Shown: positions 37,277 through 52,343 of the stretch, in pieces | Layout: each line of letters begins with the position of its first letter | Numbering within the stretch: the stretch's first letter is position 1 | NCBI RefSeq assembly: GCF_006345805.1 | Contig: NC_042998.1 | Location: 128,898,001 to 128,962,000 of the forward strand | Direction of reading: 5' to 3' | Source of the DNA: Octopus sinensis | Taxonomy: Eukaryota | DNA length: 64,000 nt | Position numbers and translations under genes: made by a program | The notes under the pieces: model-generated | Told to the model about the DNA's origin: nothing | Seen by the model: the letters and a program-made list of their open reading frames with translations, nothing else | Databases searched by the model: none

Positions 37277-37519
37277 TTTTACTTGTTTCAGTCATTTGAC
37301 TGTGACCATGCTGGAGCACCGCCTTTAGTCGAGCAAATCGACACCAGGATTTATTCTTCGTAAGCCTAGTACTTATTCTATCGGTCTGTTTTGCTGAACC
37401 ACTAAGTTACGGGGACGTAAATACACTAGCATCGGTTGTCAAGAGATGTTGGGTGGGGGGACAAACACAGACACACAAACATATATACACACACACACAT
37501 ACGTACATACATACATACA

Positions 37520-37589
<70 letters not shown>

Positions 37590-37750
37590 TACGACGAGCA
37601 TCTTTCAGTTTCCGTCTAACAAATCCACTCACAAGGCTTTGGTCGGCCCGAGGCTATAGTAGAAGACACTTGCCCAAGATGCCATGCAGTGGGACTGAAC
37701 CCGGAACCATGTGGTTCGTAAGCAAGCTACTTACTACACAGCTACTCCTA
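37277..37750 (-). mobile_element. SINE family B, full length
   Basis: Tail TTTTACTTGTTTCAGTCATTTGACTGTG..; central microsatellite; head GGGACTGAACCCGGAACCATGTGG..ACACAGCTACTCC. Confidence 0.9.
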
Positions 37751-38150
37751 CGCCTATTGATCAGAGAGATAAAAATTCTTTCGTTCATGTGATTGAAAGC
37801 TATCCCAGTTGTGATATTTAAAACAGATGTCCAAGAGAATGAGAGATATTAGAATTAAGATTTGGATAGTGAGATTAAAAAGATGCTTTGATCTGTTATA
37901 TTCTTCAAGGATATTTCACCAAGATTTTGAGAGTTAGGAAAACTTGTAATCACTAAATCTCAAGGCATGAATCCATTGGCTTAATCCATGAAAGGCTTTG
38001 TTAAAAGAAGAACGTGGAGAGGAAGAAGAAAAAGGAGAAGAAGGAAGAGGAGGAGAAAAAGAAGAAAAGAGAGGAAGAGGAGGAGAAAAAGAAGAAGGAA
38101 GAGGAGGAAAAGAAAGAGAAGAAGAAGAGGTAGGGGAAGAAGAGGAAGAG

Positions 38151-38478
38151 TGGTTTCTGATTTAGGCATAATGCCGGAAATTTTGAGGGGTGGGGATAAG
38201 TCGATACTTTATTTTATCAACTTCAGAAGGATGAATAGTAAGCTTGACCTCTGGGAGATTTGAACTCAGAATGCGAAGTGCCGGAGGAAATACCCTAAAG
38301 TATTTTGTCATGTGTTATAACAAGTCACTGTCCAAATAATGATGATGATAATGATGACAATGATAATAATGGTTTCAAATTTGGCACACGGCCAGCAAGT
38401 TTTAGGGAGGTGTGGGAATTTGAACTCAGAACGTAAAGACAAACGAAATGCTACTAAACATTTTGCTAGCTCGCCGCT
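38151..38478 (-). mobile_element. Two decayed SINE family A copies
   Basis: ATTTGAACTCAGAA cores at ~38258 and ~38418. Confidence 0.65.
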
Positions 38479-38495
38479 TTAATAGTAACAATACT

Positions 38496-38559
<64 letters not shown>

Positions 38560-38592
38560 CACCACCACCACCACCACCACCACCACCACACC

Positions 38593-38641
<49 letters not shown>

Positions 38642-38668
38642 ACAACAACAACAACAACAACAACAATA
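38496..38668. repeat. Compound trinucleotide tract (CTA)n(CCA)n(CTA)n(CAA)n
   Basis: Read directly. Confidence 0.95.
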
Positions 38669-38789
38669 ATGATTTAATTTATTTGCCACAAGGGCGAAGG
38701 ATGAGGGGGACAATACAGAGACAGACATAAAGTGTTGGGGTTTACATATAATGAAATGGTAAAAAAAGGAAAGAAAGAAAGTAAGTATA

Positions 38790-39413
38790 CACGGTATACA
38801 CTGAAAAATGTTGTCTCCATGTGCAACGTTCTTGCGCCTACAGAATATCTCAACAAGCATCATAGAACAGCACAGTATATTCGCTGGATAATTTGCAAAA
38901 ACTTGGACCTGCCTCACGATAAAAAATGGTGGGAACAAAAACAAAATAGTGCTCATGGTAAAGTGCTCTCTATGTCATCCTAAAATTTAAATCAAACGGC
39001 CAGATATCGTGATCATCCATAAAGATGAAAAAGAAGCAAAGATAATAGATTTTGCAATACCAGGCGATTCGAGGGTAAAATGTAAGGAAACAGAAAAGAG
39101 TGAGAAATACCAGCCACTGCAGGACGAGATAGGAAAGTTATGGTGCATGATGAAAGAATGATGATACCTGTGGTAATTGGATCATTAGGAGCAGCTTCCA
39201 AGGATTTTGAAAAATATATTAAGAATACTGGAGCTGCTGTCAGGTTCGAAGTGATCTGGAAGACAGCATTGTTGGGTACAGCTCGCATTCTAAGGAGAGT
39301 ATTGTCTCTTTGAGTCACAGGAGAAGGCACTACTTGGAACCTTTGGTGATTTGTTATTACCTGCTTTCAAGTAAAAAACAACCGGTAATTAAGAAATATC
39401 CGCGAGTCTTCCA
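38790..39413 (+). mobile_element. R4/Dong-like non-LTR retrotransposon 3' fragment (REL endonuclease), family 1, frameshifted
   Basis: VVSMCNVLAPTEYLNKH..; RPDIVI..IDFAIPGDSRVKCKETEKSEKY..IPVVIGSLG..KTALLGTARILRRVLSL*; ends in (TAA)n. Confidence 0.85.
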
Positions 39414-39433
39414 TAATAATAATAATAATAATA

Positions 39434-39480
<47 letters not shown>

Positions 39481-39482
<2 letters not shown>

Positions 39483-40243
39483 TCAAAGCAGAAACAGAGG
39501 GATTTTTAATTGCAGCACAAGACCAAAGCCTCCCCACCAGAAATTACCAAAAAAATGTAATGAAAAGAAATATTACAAGTAACTGCAGAATATGTGGAGA
39601 TGGACAAGAAACAATAAATCATATTATCTCTAGCTGCCCAGTCCTGGCTAAGAAGGAATATATTCACAGACATGACAGAGTTGGAACCTACATACATTGG
39701 AAGCTATGCCAACATTATGGAATAACAACAGAAAAAAGATGGTATAGGCACACACCAGAAAAGGTCACAGAAAACGAGAAAGCAACCATACTCTGGGATA
39801 TGCCGATACACACAGATAGAGAAATTAAGGCCAACAGACCAGATATAGTTGTCAGAGATCATGAAGAAAAAAAAATGCTTTCTAATTGATGTATCAATAC
39901 CGGCAGATGACAACGTTACTCTAAAAGAAATGGAGAAACTCTCAAAATACAAAGACCTGGAAATAGAGGTAACTAGAATGTGGAATCTGAAAACAGAAAC
40001 AATTCCTATCATAGTGCATTAGGCATGATAAAAAAATATTCAGACAAATACATAACGAAAACACCAGGACTTACAAACACATATAACATACAGAAAATTG
40101 CACTACTAGGCCTGCACACATCCTACGCAGAACACTTTCCATACAATAACCATCAGAGCATCACAACAAATCACAGCACATACCCAAGGCACACAGAGCT
40201 GCGCTCGGTAGTGAAGTGAAAGCACGCTATAAAAATAAAACTA

Positions 40244-40246
<3 letters not shown>
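39481..40246 (+). mobile_element. R4/Dong-like non-LTR retrotransposon 3' fragment (CCHC finger + REL endonuclease), family 2
   Basis: LKAETEGFLIAAQDQSL..CRICGDGQETINHIISSC..RHDRV..ANRPDIVV..IDVSIP..KEMEKLSKYKDL; small frameshifts; (TAA)n on both sides. Confidence 0.92.
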
Positions 40247-40289
<43 letters not shown>

Positions 40290-40336
40290 TAATAATAATA
40301 ATAATAATGATAATAATAATGATGATGATGATGATG

Positions 40337-40372
<36 letters not shown>

Positions 40373-40397
40373 TAATAATAATAATAATAATATAATA

Positions 40398-40836
40398 ATA
40401 CTTTCAACTGAAAGCACAAGGCCTTAGATTTTGAGGGGAGGGATTAAGTCGATTACAGCGACCCCAGTACATAACTGGTGTTAATTTTATCGATCCCGAA
40501 AGGATGAAAGGCAAAGTCGATCTCGGCGGTATTTGAACTCAGAACGTAGATAGCCGGAACAAAGTAACGCAGACTATTTTGTTCGATGTTCAAATGATTT
40601 TGCCAGGTCGCCGCCATTTTTGTTTCATATTTTGGCACAAGGCTAGTAATTTTAGAAGGAAGGGGTTAGTCGATAATATCGACCCCAGTAGTTGACTGGT
40701 AATTTATTTTATCGAACCCAGAGAGATTAAAGGCAAATTTTGATCTCAGCTGGATTTGAACTCAGAATATAAAAAGCTTGAACAAATACTACAACATTTT
40801 TTATCCGGTACTCTAACCACCCTACCAATCCACTGC
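40398..40836 (-). mobile_element. Two head-to-tail SINE family A copies
   Basis: Cores at ~40500 and ~40730. Confidence 0.85.
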
Positions 40837-41119
40837 TCTTTGCCAAATGATTATAAATGTAAAAACTAGTGGGTGAGTGGTTATGTTAAACGGCAGAACA
40901 ATATGTTGAAGCTGCAGTAGTTGCGGAAAGCAAAACTGAATGACTGAAAATGACTAAGAGGTATTATTTCAATAATGTTTTAATCAGGAGGGAAAACAAT
41001 GGCTGTGATCTTAACATATCCTTAGAGACTAGTCTGAACAATATGATAGATATTCAGTTAAGTCCACCACTATAGAAAACACTAAGACCGAGACACAATA
41101 GACATGCTATGAAGAGGAG

Positions 41120-42660
41120 AGATGAGTGGGTTTGGGAGAATGCGGTATGCAAGAGGCTAGTACAGAGAAGCATTAACCGTTGGAGTAACGTTATGAAGGA
41201 GTGAGGAGAAAGGAAGAGAGAGGAAGAAGACAGTGCATCTGTTCTGTGGGATAGATATCACAATGCATCTCTGCGTGAGTTTTTGCTAACCAGTGTAATG
41301 GCATTCTTTTGGACACTGTATAGTATATTTTTTGATGTGTATCAGCATCTCCGCCCCAGATAGAACAACAGTCTTACATGAGGTTTGCAGAGAGTCATTA
41401 ATTTTTGACTAGTATTTAGGATGCATGTGGAGGCGCATGGCTCAGTGGTTAGGGTGTCAACATCATGATCGTAAGATTGTGGTTTCGATTCCTGGACCGG
41501 GTGACGCGTTGTGTTCTTGAGCCAAACACTTCATTTCACGTTGCTTCAGTTCACTCAGCAGGCAAAAATGAGTAACACTGCGATGGACTGGCGTCTCGTC
41601 TAGCTGAGGAACACATACGCCATTGAAACTGGGAAACCGGGCCTATAAGCTTTAAAAGGGCGCATTTATTTTTATTTATTTAGGATGCATGCTTCGTTGT
41701 ACTGGATGTAATATAACAAGAAGAGATTCTAGGTGTTTATGAAGCTCAGTTTGTAGTGACTTTCACGGTTTTAGTTGTGTGATGTTCAAAACAAAAAAGA
41801 ATCGGATACGATATTATTCCTTTGGTATAATTAAATGATTGTAGCTTGGTATCTTGGAGGAGACTAAGTTGTCATGTCCTTATTGGATGATCTTTTCGAG
41901 GTTTCTGTTCATGGGGAGCGTGCAGGATTGACATTAGCCACCTAGGTTTCATATGAATGACCTTTAAGTGAGAGATTAAGAAGTGAAGATTGGCATCATT
42001 TGCGTAGGTGACAGAAAGCAGGTCTTTATTGTACAGAATGAAGAGTGTGGAGTACGCAACAGAACAACTAAACTTCATGGTTGGAGCACGCTGCAATGAT
42101 GAGAGCGGACAAAGAGCTCGATTTCAAGAGATGAGAAACAAGTGGATTCCATGGGTGGATCAGAATACTTAAACATTTCTTCTGTTAGATGTATTCAACC
42201 ACTTTGTTGATGTGTAGTGAAACGATATTACTTTTGCCGAAGTTCTTGAGGATAAGAGGGGCGGGGCATTAGATATCTTTCGGGTGTTCACTGAGGAGAA
42301 AGAGGGGTCTGAGGTTTTGGAGTTGCCGATTATTAATGACCATGACCGTCATATTTGAGATGTTTAAAATAAAAATCAGAGGTCGATAGTTGACAGAGTT
42401 AGAGAAGTTGTTTTTCTTGAGAATGGAACACAGTGTAATATGTTTAAAAAGATCATGAGAGATCTCTATAACGAGAGACAATTTGAAGAGGTTGACGAAG
42501 GTAAGGGCTAAACTAGCGGCATATCCCCGACGCAATGAGAGGACCAATGAGACAACCGAAGTTGTTTTCGCACTCAGTGTATATAGAAATGAAAATCGGA
42601 GTGAAGATAAGTTTTGGAGAAGTTTTACTGAGTGTATATAATGTTGAGTTGAAAGCAAAA
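41120..42660 (-). mobile_element. Decayed CR1/L2/Jockey-group LINE RT region
   Basis: NYRPLIFI..INNRQLQNL..LLSEH (cf. NYRPISL..LLSDHQYGF); LFILYNKDL..TYANDANLH (cf. YADD); interrupted by a SINE. Confidence 0.65.
41428..41676 (+). mobile_element. SINE family D, full length
   Basis: A box TGGCTCAGTGG, B box GTTTCGATTCC; 15-bp TSD TATTTAGGATGCATG at 41413-41427 and 41677-41691. Confidence 0.92.
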
Positions 42661-43453
42661 CCAGAAGAGAGGATTTAATTTCCGAGAATATTGAAGGAAA
42701 TCAGATATATTTTATTGATAAGGCCCATTCTAGTGAAAAAAATTCCAACAAAAAACTCAAAGAAATAAAGAAATAAAGAAAACGTCAGTAAGAGAAACTG
42801 AGAAGGTACCAGTAGCTAGATCATGCAATGCGATAAGAAACAACGTGGAGGGTGCAACAATTGTGAGAGATTGTTTAAGTAGAGCAATGACTGAAACTTA
42901 ACGATAATGGATCATGTAAATGAAAGGAAAGAAAACATTTATAAACTTATAAACATTTCGAATACAAATATAGAAACATTAAAAAATATGTAAATACTAT
43001 ATTTTTTCTGCATAAAAGTCGACATATTATACAGTATAAATATGTAGAGTTAACATTCAAACATCATCATTATATTTCCAAATCCTTCTGTATTTCATAT
43101 GGAAAGTTTTTTTGCCCTCTAAATTCATCTTAGTATATAAGTCGAACTAATAGCTTCGACTATAAACTTTGGCTTGAAAAATTTCACCTATATACTGGAA
43201 AATAAGGTAACGGTATATTTCGAGTTATACAGTTAAATGACGTCTTTATAAAACTGTTTGTATATAAATGTCAATGTTGAAAGCAGTTTTTGTGAAAAGG
43301 ACACAACGTTTAGAGAGTTACTGTTCAGAGTTTGTTTCGAAAATTGTCCACTTTGAAGTGCTAAGCCTTAAAGTCATGAGAGGCGAGCATCTGGCTCATA
43401 AAGGGTTTCTACTGAATAAAGAAATATGCGAGTAAAATAAGGAACCTCTACGC

Positions 43454-44188
43454 CAGGATTTTTCAACCATTTTATACCTGTGCACCTCTTTGATACCTGT
43501 TTTACTTGAATGAACTTCCCTAGTCATTCGATATTTATAAAATCATATTATATTCTATAATTAACTATCAAAGCCTTGAAACTCTACTCTCTCCAGCGTC
43601 GCCGTGAGCGGTACATCATTTGTACGATGTGGAGAATATACCGCCAACTTTGCCCAAACGACCTGAACATAAGCTTCAAGGTTCATCCAAGACTGGGACC
43701 ACGGGCCATACGTCCCCTGCCCAATTCAAGATCACAGCATACATATACACTACAACATAATTTCTTTTCCTCAACAGGCCCTGCCCTATTTAACATTGTC
43801 CCGAAAGAGATCAAAGATGAACAGGATCCCATCAACTTTAAACGGAGTCTGGATAGATTCCTTCAAAGAATACCAGATAAGCCACCCATAATTGGATACA
43901 ACTCACCCAACAAAAACTCACTACTTGAATGGACCATAAGCAAAACTTGACTTAAACAGGATTCAAATAATCCTATCAGGTGGTGCTATTAAGTTAGACA
44001 TGGCCTGGACCAATCATTGGTCGAAACACATCTAAGTTTTATCTAAGTTTTATCATTAAGAATTGTATAAAAAATTTGCTAAAATATTTTGTGTATTGTT
44101 GAAGTATAACCAATTTATTGCAGATAAATTTTAACAAAATCTTATATTGATCCCCAAGTGCCGTATGGAGCCTGGTTGCGAATCCCAG
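43454..44188. mobile_element. hAT (Charlie-type) MITE interrupted by a CR1 fragment
   Basis: Imperfect TIRs CAGGATTTTTCAACCA / TGGTTGCGAATCCCAG; 8-bp TSD CTCTACGC / CTCTACAC. Confidence 0.7.
43568..44055 (+). mobile_element. CR1-like LINE 3' end
   Basis: LKLYSLQRRRERY..GPALFNIVPKEIK..FKRSLDRFLQRIPDKP; tandem tail (ATCTAAGTTTT)x2. Confidence 0.88.
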
Positions 44189-44380
44189 CTCTACACGATC
44201 GCTTAATCTATCAGGGTTAGGAACTAAATCTCACTCAAATTACACCCTGATAAGTAAAGAACGTATGGACAATGTATTACTAGAAAAACGATATCTGATA
44301 GAACGATACTGGAAGTTATGGTTGTGATGCCTTTGACCATAAATTCGGTTGACTGGGAGGGTAAATAACATCCGAATAAT

Positions 44381-44585
44381 AATCCTATCTCCTGAAATTT
44401 GCAGGGAAGGGGATTAGTCGATTACATCGACCCCCTAGTGCTCAACTGGTACTTTATTTTATCGACACCAAAAGGATGAAAGGCAAACTCGACCTCGGCG
44501 GAATTTGAACTCAGAACGTAAAGAGTCGGAAGAAATGCCGCTAAGTATTTTGCCTGGCGTGTTAACGATTCTGTCAGTTTCCCGC
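44381..44585 (-). mobile_element. SINE family A
   Basis: AAAGGATGAAAGGCAAACTCGACCTCGGCGGAATTTGAACTCAGAACGTA core. Confidence 0.88.
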
Positions 44586-45597
44586 TTTTTACAACTAAAT
44601 AATAATGGGGAAAAAATGGGCCACACATTTTATGAGAGGCGGATGTAGTGGCAGTAATTAGCCCCGTACATCTTTCATACATGTTTTGTTTTTTTATTGA
44701 TCCCTCCCTTCCTCTACGAAAGGATGAAGTACATTTGGTGAGATGTGAACTCTAAATGTAGAGGGATGAAATTAAGAAAACAAGAAAAAAAAATTAAATT
44801 GCGTAGTATTTAGTCTAACGTTCTACAATTTCTGACATTTCGTCACCCTAACAGCAACAACAATAAAAATAACAATAACGACAATAATAAGAGCTATAAG
44901 AGCAATAACAACTACAACAAAAGCAACAAAAATAGTAAGAACAATAACGGCAACAACAACTACAACGATAACAATAAGAACAACAACAACAACAACAACA
45001 ACAACGGCAACGACACCGTCACAATGATAATTATAGAAAATAAATCTTCTTTCTACAGATTTTATTAATTTTTTTGTTGTTGTTGAAGGTGATGGTTTCC
45101 AAGTACACAGATCAAGTGATTTCATATAAAATTCTCGAAATCTTATAGCAGAATAACCGCTCAACCATTATTGTCGAGATTTTTCTTCAAAGAGAACCAT
45201 AACACGCATTATCGAACCCTATTGATCTTAATAACATAGTCACTTGATTGTGTTGAATGTTTTTTTTTTTTTTTGGCTTTCCTTTTTATTTATTTTAATT
45301 ATATTTTATTTTATTAGTTAAAAACAAAAGCATTTTTATTTCTTCAGAAATGAAGAAAAAAAAGGAGGGGAAAAAACAACAAAATATTCACACCTACACA
45401 TACACACATTCACACATTCACATGCAGACATACACGTACACACACACACTGACACACACACACATACACACACGCACACGTACACATATATACATATGCG
45501 TACACATACATACATGAATGATTCAGCACAATAGTTTTTTTTCACACCAATTTTTCTTGGAAGTATCATTTATTAAATATATCCTATATAAAAATAT

Positions 45598-46495
<898 letters not shown>

Positions 46496-47005
46496 TATGA
46501 TTCATTAGATGATTTAAATGACTGTTGATCAGCCCATCTTAAAGTGTTTGTATGGGTGTATGTGTATGTATGTTTGTTTAAATATGTGTGTATGTGTGTG
46601 TGTGTGGTGGGGTATACGTGCTTCCGTTGTTGACATCGTCTGGATGTTAATGTAACAGAAAATACATAAGCAACAAATAAATCAGATTATCTCTGTAGTT
46701 TTATTGTTGCTCGCTTTTTACTCGTTCTTCTTCATTGTTTTCGTACTTCTCTTGCGATCTATTCATTGTAGATGTTTCTTCTTTGCTCTACTGCTAAACA
46801 TCTCTCTGCTTTTTATAGATTGATGATAGATGGACAGTTGTAAACTAAATATATGGCTGTGTGTTTTAGTTTATTTAATATCAGAAACAGATATAATAAG
46901 ATCCTAGGGAGATGTATAACTAATGTAGATTTGATACTAACATTGCCAAGATATTTGGCAGCGTATTGTATACCATTAATTCCGTTCGCGTGAAGCCACA
47001 CATGC

Positions 47006-47064
<59 letters not shown>

Positions 47065-47093
47065 CATATATATATATATGCATAAATACATGC

Positions 47094-47126
<33 letters not shown>

Positions 47127-47128
47127 CA

Positions 47129-47203
<75 letters not shown>

Positions 47204-49209
47204 TATATACATACATATATATATATACATATACATATACGTACATACATATGTACGTACGCACACATACACACACACACACACGCACATACACACAAAT
47301 AGACATGTTTATAGAATCATTATTGAAACTCCGTCTCTAGTTGTATTATGTTATGCTGTATTTGAAAGCAAGCAGGCAGCTTTTTGCAATAAAACAGACA
47401 CATTTCGAAAACTGATACTGAAGGTTTTAGCTGAATAAATTGTTGTGATGGGAAGCAATTGTTGAGAATCAATTCATTTTATTCGGCTAAAACATTCCAA
47501 CTTTGCGAAGTATTCAAGCTAAAACGTTCAGTATTTGAAGCATAAGTAAGTAAATACTGCAAAACGTTTTATGTGGCGCTTTAATGATTCTGCCGCCCAA
47601 ACAGTTTCAAATCGTTGTTCGTTGAAGTTGCTTAAAATATATTAAGTTTCTAGCAAATAAGTTTACAATTATATGGATATTTTTAGAGCTAAAATATTTA
47701 AAAATAGAACACCTTTGTTTTCAACTAAAAATAGTTTTATTGAGCTGATACTTTTGTATATCATGTCTCATTAGACAAATTCGAAATGGTGAAGCGAAAA
47801 GGAACGCGCGTGAATCTGCGGAAAAAAAAAACCAAAGCCAGAAAGAAAACTAGAAGTTTTCCCTATCTGTTATACAATCTGATGATCTACCCACTGAAAA
47901 ATCTAAAATCCAAACCAACAGCGAGTTTTGTGATTTTTTGTGCGAGGGATTAAGGACGTTATCAAATGAATTCTATGATGAGGGATTACGTCAAATTGTA
48001 ATATTCCAAATATGATTATCTTGCTTTACATACATAAAAGTAATTGCAATAGGTGTATAGATTGGAACCAAGTAAAAAAGGAAAATTATTTGTACATGTG
48101 AATATCAAATTTTGCTAATGAACTATCTGTTATAATGTTAGCATACTGTCCATAAGCAAAATGTCACACCATTTGTGAACTGAAATCAACAGGGAACTGT
48201 TTAAAGGGATTAGGGACTTGCTGACATTCAGTTAATATTTAAAACTGAATGAAAATGAAAAGAACATTACGGAACTGTTTACACATTTATTAAAACACAT
48301 CCACCCACCAAAGACAACCATTTGTTCAAAATATTTTTTCTTATTTCTTTGTCAATCGTAGTTGGTTTAGAATTTATTTTACTGTAATTATATTTGACTT
48401 ACTTGTAGAAAATATTTCATGATTTGTACTTAAACCTGTTGAAAAATTTGAGGGAAGTATTTTCTAGTCATATTGTATATAAATCCTCTTCATAGATTTC
48501 CAAACTAATATTGGTGTATACTTCGGAAAGAGACTCTTAAGTACGTTGGGAAGCTGGGAACCAAAGGTCGATCCTGTTAAACTGATCGATGCTATTCATC
48601 GCTATCTACGTATGAAATACTCAAAGTTGTCGAATTGGATTATGAAGACATAATCCAATTGGATTACGAAGACATAATCCAATGTGTAATTCTAAACTCA
48701 ACAGGAATATCAGTCAGAGTTCTGATGGTACTTGACCCGATGTCGATGTTTTGAAGAATTGGTTGATGGAAGTTTCGTCAATGGATGATGCTGTGAATAG
48801 GAGCAGTCCAGCGTCAACCTAGATATTAAAGAGGAAATTTCAACTCCATCATTCAAATAACCTCGTCGCTCAACACGGATCCAGAAACATTACATGCGTC
48901 TCTGAAGGTTATGGAATCATTATTGCTTACCTTCAGTACAGGGGCATTGTGATATATTTGAGTTTCGGTCCAGCTGCAAGATGGTATACTTCAGTTATCC
49001 CCTCTCCTTTTTTTCTTTTTCCTTTTCCTTCTTTCCACTGCTATTCATCAGACTCTAGACCACCGCCACCACCACCACTACCACTACCACAATGCTCCTG
49101 TTACATAAACCAATGTTATATAAACCAATGTTACAACCTCCATAATGTCATAATGTTTAGAAATCGTTTCTAAACGTTCATTCTTTCCTGCCTTCACACG
49201 CACGCACAC

Positions 49210-49316
<107 letters not shown>

Positions 49317-49694
49317 ACACAATATATATATATATATATTTATATGCATATATTGATAATTTTTCTTTCATAACGTTACCTACCTATTTATTACATAATT
49401 TTTGTTGCTCTCTCTCTCTCTCGCTCTCCCTTTATTTTCTCTGTTTCTCACCCCTTTTTGACGCCCAACACTCATTTACACATACAGTCTTCTCCACCCA
49501 TTTCATTCTCATTTCACGTTGATAATTGCTAACTCCTTTGAAACTTTCCCTCATTTAACTCATTGTTTTAATTTACTTAATGCTATTATTCTTTTTATTT
49601 CTATTTGTACCTATTGTTGTTGTTATTATTACTATTATAACCATCATGACCATGATCAACATTATTATTATTATTATTATTATTAATAATAATG

Positions 49695-49742
<48 letters not shown>

Positions 49743-51286
49743 TAATAATAATAATACTTTTTATTCAATTTATTATGTAGGAGCAAGGCGGGAAAAATCA
49801 GTATTGCATTCTGTATTCAGTTCCTAATTAAAGAACTATCCATTATAAATATGACAGACACGAAAACAAAAAAAAGAAAAAAAAATTGAACGAAGACAGA
49901 AAAAGAAAAGTAAAACATAATAATAATTGCTAGAAAATTTTGATAAAGCGACGATACAGCGTAATGGCGATAGAGTGAAATGACAACGAGGCTATTATCG
50001 ATTGATGCGAAGGACTAAATCAATCTCACTTGTTTTAATATTGATTTTAAATGTCCATCAACTAACTGGTTTCTTTTAATGCTTAAAACATCGCGCTTAT
50101 TTAAATTCATTTATTTCATTTATGTACATAATTTTTAATCGACGTCAGGATAAACTATTTGCATCCATATTTTAGCAGACGACAGACATCTTGGTCTTGT
50201 TTCATAATCTTTGTCGAATAATTATTTATAGTGTTTTTTTTTCTCTCTCATCGCACAATTCTTTTTTAAAATTTAGATTGCGCTGGGTGTCTGGACACTG
50301 AATACAATCTATTACAATATGAATTTGTTGTTTGTTTTCTTTTCTGATTTTGCAGATCTTTTGGAGCAGCTTTTCTTTCTTCAGGAGTTGATAACATGTT
50401 TCATTCAATGTGAGAAATCATAATTTTATAGATACAGTGGTAACTAATAACAAACTGTATAAGTTGGAGAAACTGTCATGGGTATAGCCATGCCTGCCTA
50501 CTGGCCTGCCTGCCTGCCTGCCTGTCTGTCTGTCTGTCTCTTCTACAACTAAACGGTTCTTGCACTTCTGATCTGGCAGCAGTGTACCACCAGTTTAAGT
50601 CCACCTGATTTATCCCCCTTTCCTAATCTTCTCTAGCTCTTCGAATATCGCACTAAATAATTTGTTCCAATCCTTCCTCGAACTACAACTTCCAGGAAAT
50701 TCTTCCGCTACCACATATTCCATACAAGGGTTCAAGTTGAGCATCGACTTTACCGATATCGCTCGTCTGGGAGAATCTACAATATCTAAAGGTACTTCTC
50801 TCCGTCCTCGGAATTTTAAAATAGCATACCAAGTTATCAATTTAAAACAAACCAATATACATTGTACTACTAGTGAAGATCTGTCTAATCTCAAACACTT
50901 TTATATACATTTAATAGTCGTTCATTTAATATAGCTGTGTTTTTTCTTTTATTTTTCTTTGGTGTACAGCACGTAAAGAATTTCAAATGATATTTTCTTA
51001 ATTGAATTTTTCAGACTGCAATTAAAAATAGATTTTGGTAATTCATAGTAGAATATTGCCAACGCACTATCGATTATGCTTATTAAAGAGACAAGTGGTT
51101 ATATCATTCTCTTTCTATTATGTAGTCTTCTTCATATTGTATGTATGAGTGCGAGCATGCGTGTTTTGTGTCAGTGTACTAGAGAATATGTTGGCATATG
51201 CTTATCATACTATTTACTGCATATCTTCCAGCATATATGTACTTATACACGAATACACACACACACAAATAATAGAAAGAGACAGT

Positions 51287-51362
<76 letters not shown>

Positions 51363-52343
51363 CTAGCCAGCTAGATAAATGCGTTATTTATGGATATCCA
51401 AATATTATATAACAACAACCATTTCATATATAATAACATACTGCTAAGAGGACCGAACTACTGAGTGTGTGGTATCTTGGGGATGGTAACAAGATACGAA
51501 CCTCTGACCTTTCGTTTCGTTATATACATATAGAATACCTAATCAGTTCGGCCACCTGCGTTTTCTAAGCTACTTTGGAGATCGAAAGACCTTCTACATC
51601 AGAGAATATATTAGGATAGGAGAATATTATGAAGTTTAAATCAACCAAAGCATGGCATACGACTCTTGGTAATCTTGTGGATAAATTACCATCCAGAGTA
51701 TAATGTACCTAAGATAAGGATTCACTGGAGGACAAGACCTAAGAATACTATCAGAAAATACAGGGCTGTGTTGCTATCACATTTTGGTAGATTACAATTT
51801 GGTGAAACGATGCTTGTTTGAATATGTATTTTTGAATCTGTCAAAAGCATTTAACTTTCCATAGAGAAGTCTGGAATATTTTCAGAAGAGTGTGATTGCC
51901 GGCCGAAATTCGTGGATCTTTACTGCCATTTTTTCATAAGGGTGATGGCTTAACTTGTTGCTGGAGGGCAGATATCTGAAACATTCAGGGTAAAGATGGC
52001 AGATAGACAAGGCTATGTCCTGGTTCCTGTACTGTTTAATATCCAAGTATGACCACAATGTTGTTTAGATAAATGGAACAGGCGGTAGGAAGTATTTTCA
52101 GCATTAGAGCGTTGCAGATCCGCACCAAACTCTGCTTCAGTAGATCACACCCCGCAAAACCTAAGGGTCATCATCTAACAACGTAACAGAAACAAATATA
52201 TACTATAAGCCCACGAATTAGTATAACCAACGAATTAGTAAAGAGACTCTCTTTATTATAAAATACAGATCCCTTTTGAACGCGTCTACAACAAACGACA
52301 TATCCACCACGGCCCTAGAATAATACACACACACACGTAAATA

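Noticed and set aside
37988-38263. Arg/Lys-rich protamine-like ORF
   Set aside because: Translation of a GA-rich low-complexity tract running into a SINE; no ATG-context or splice support.
41431-41500. tRNA-like sequences here and at 16837, 51480-51558 and 61558
   Set aside because: A/B boxes without a proper cloverleaf; mostly continuing into SINE bodies, so SINE heads rather than tRNA genes.
50610-50894. 94-aa minus-strand ORF
   Set aside because: No recognisable domain or splice context.
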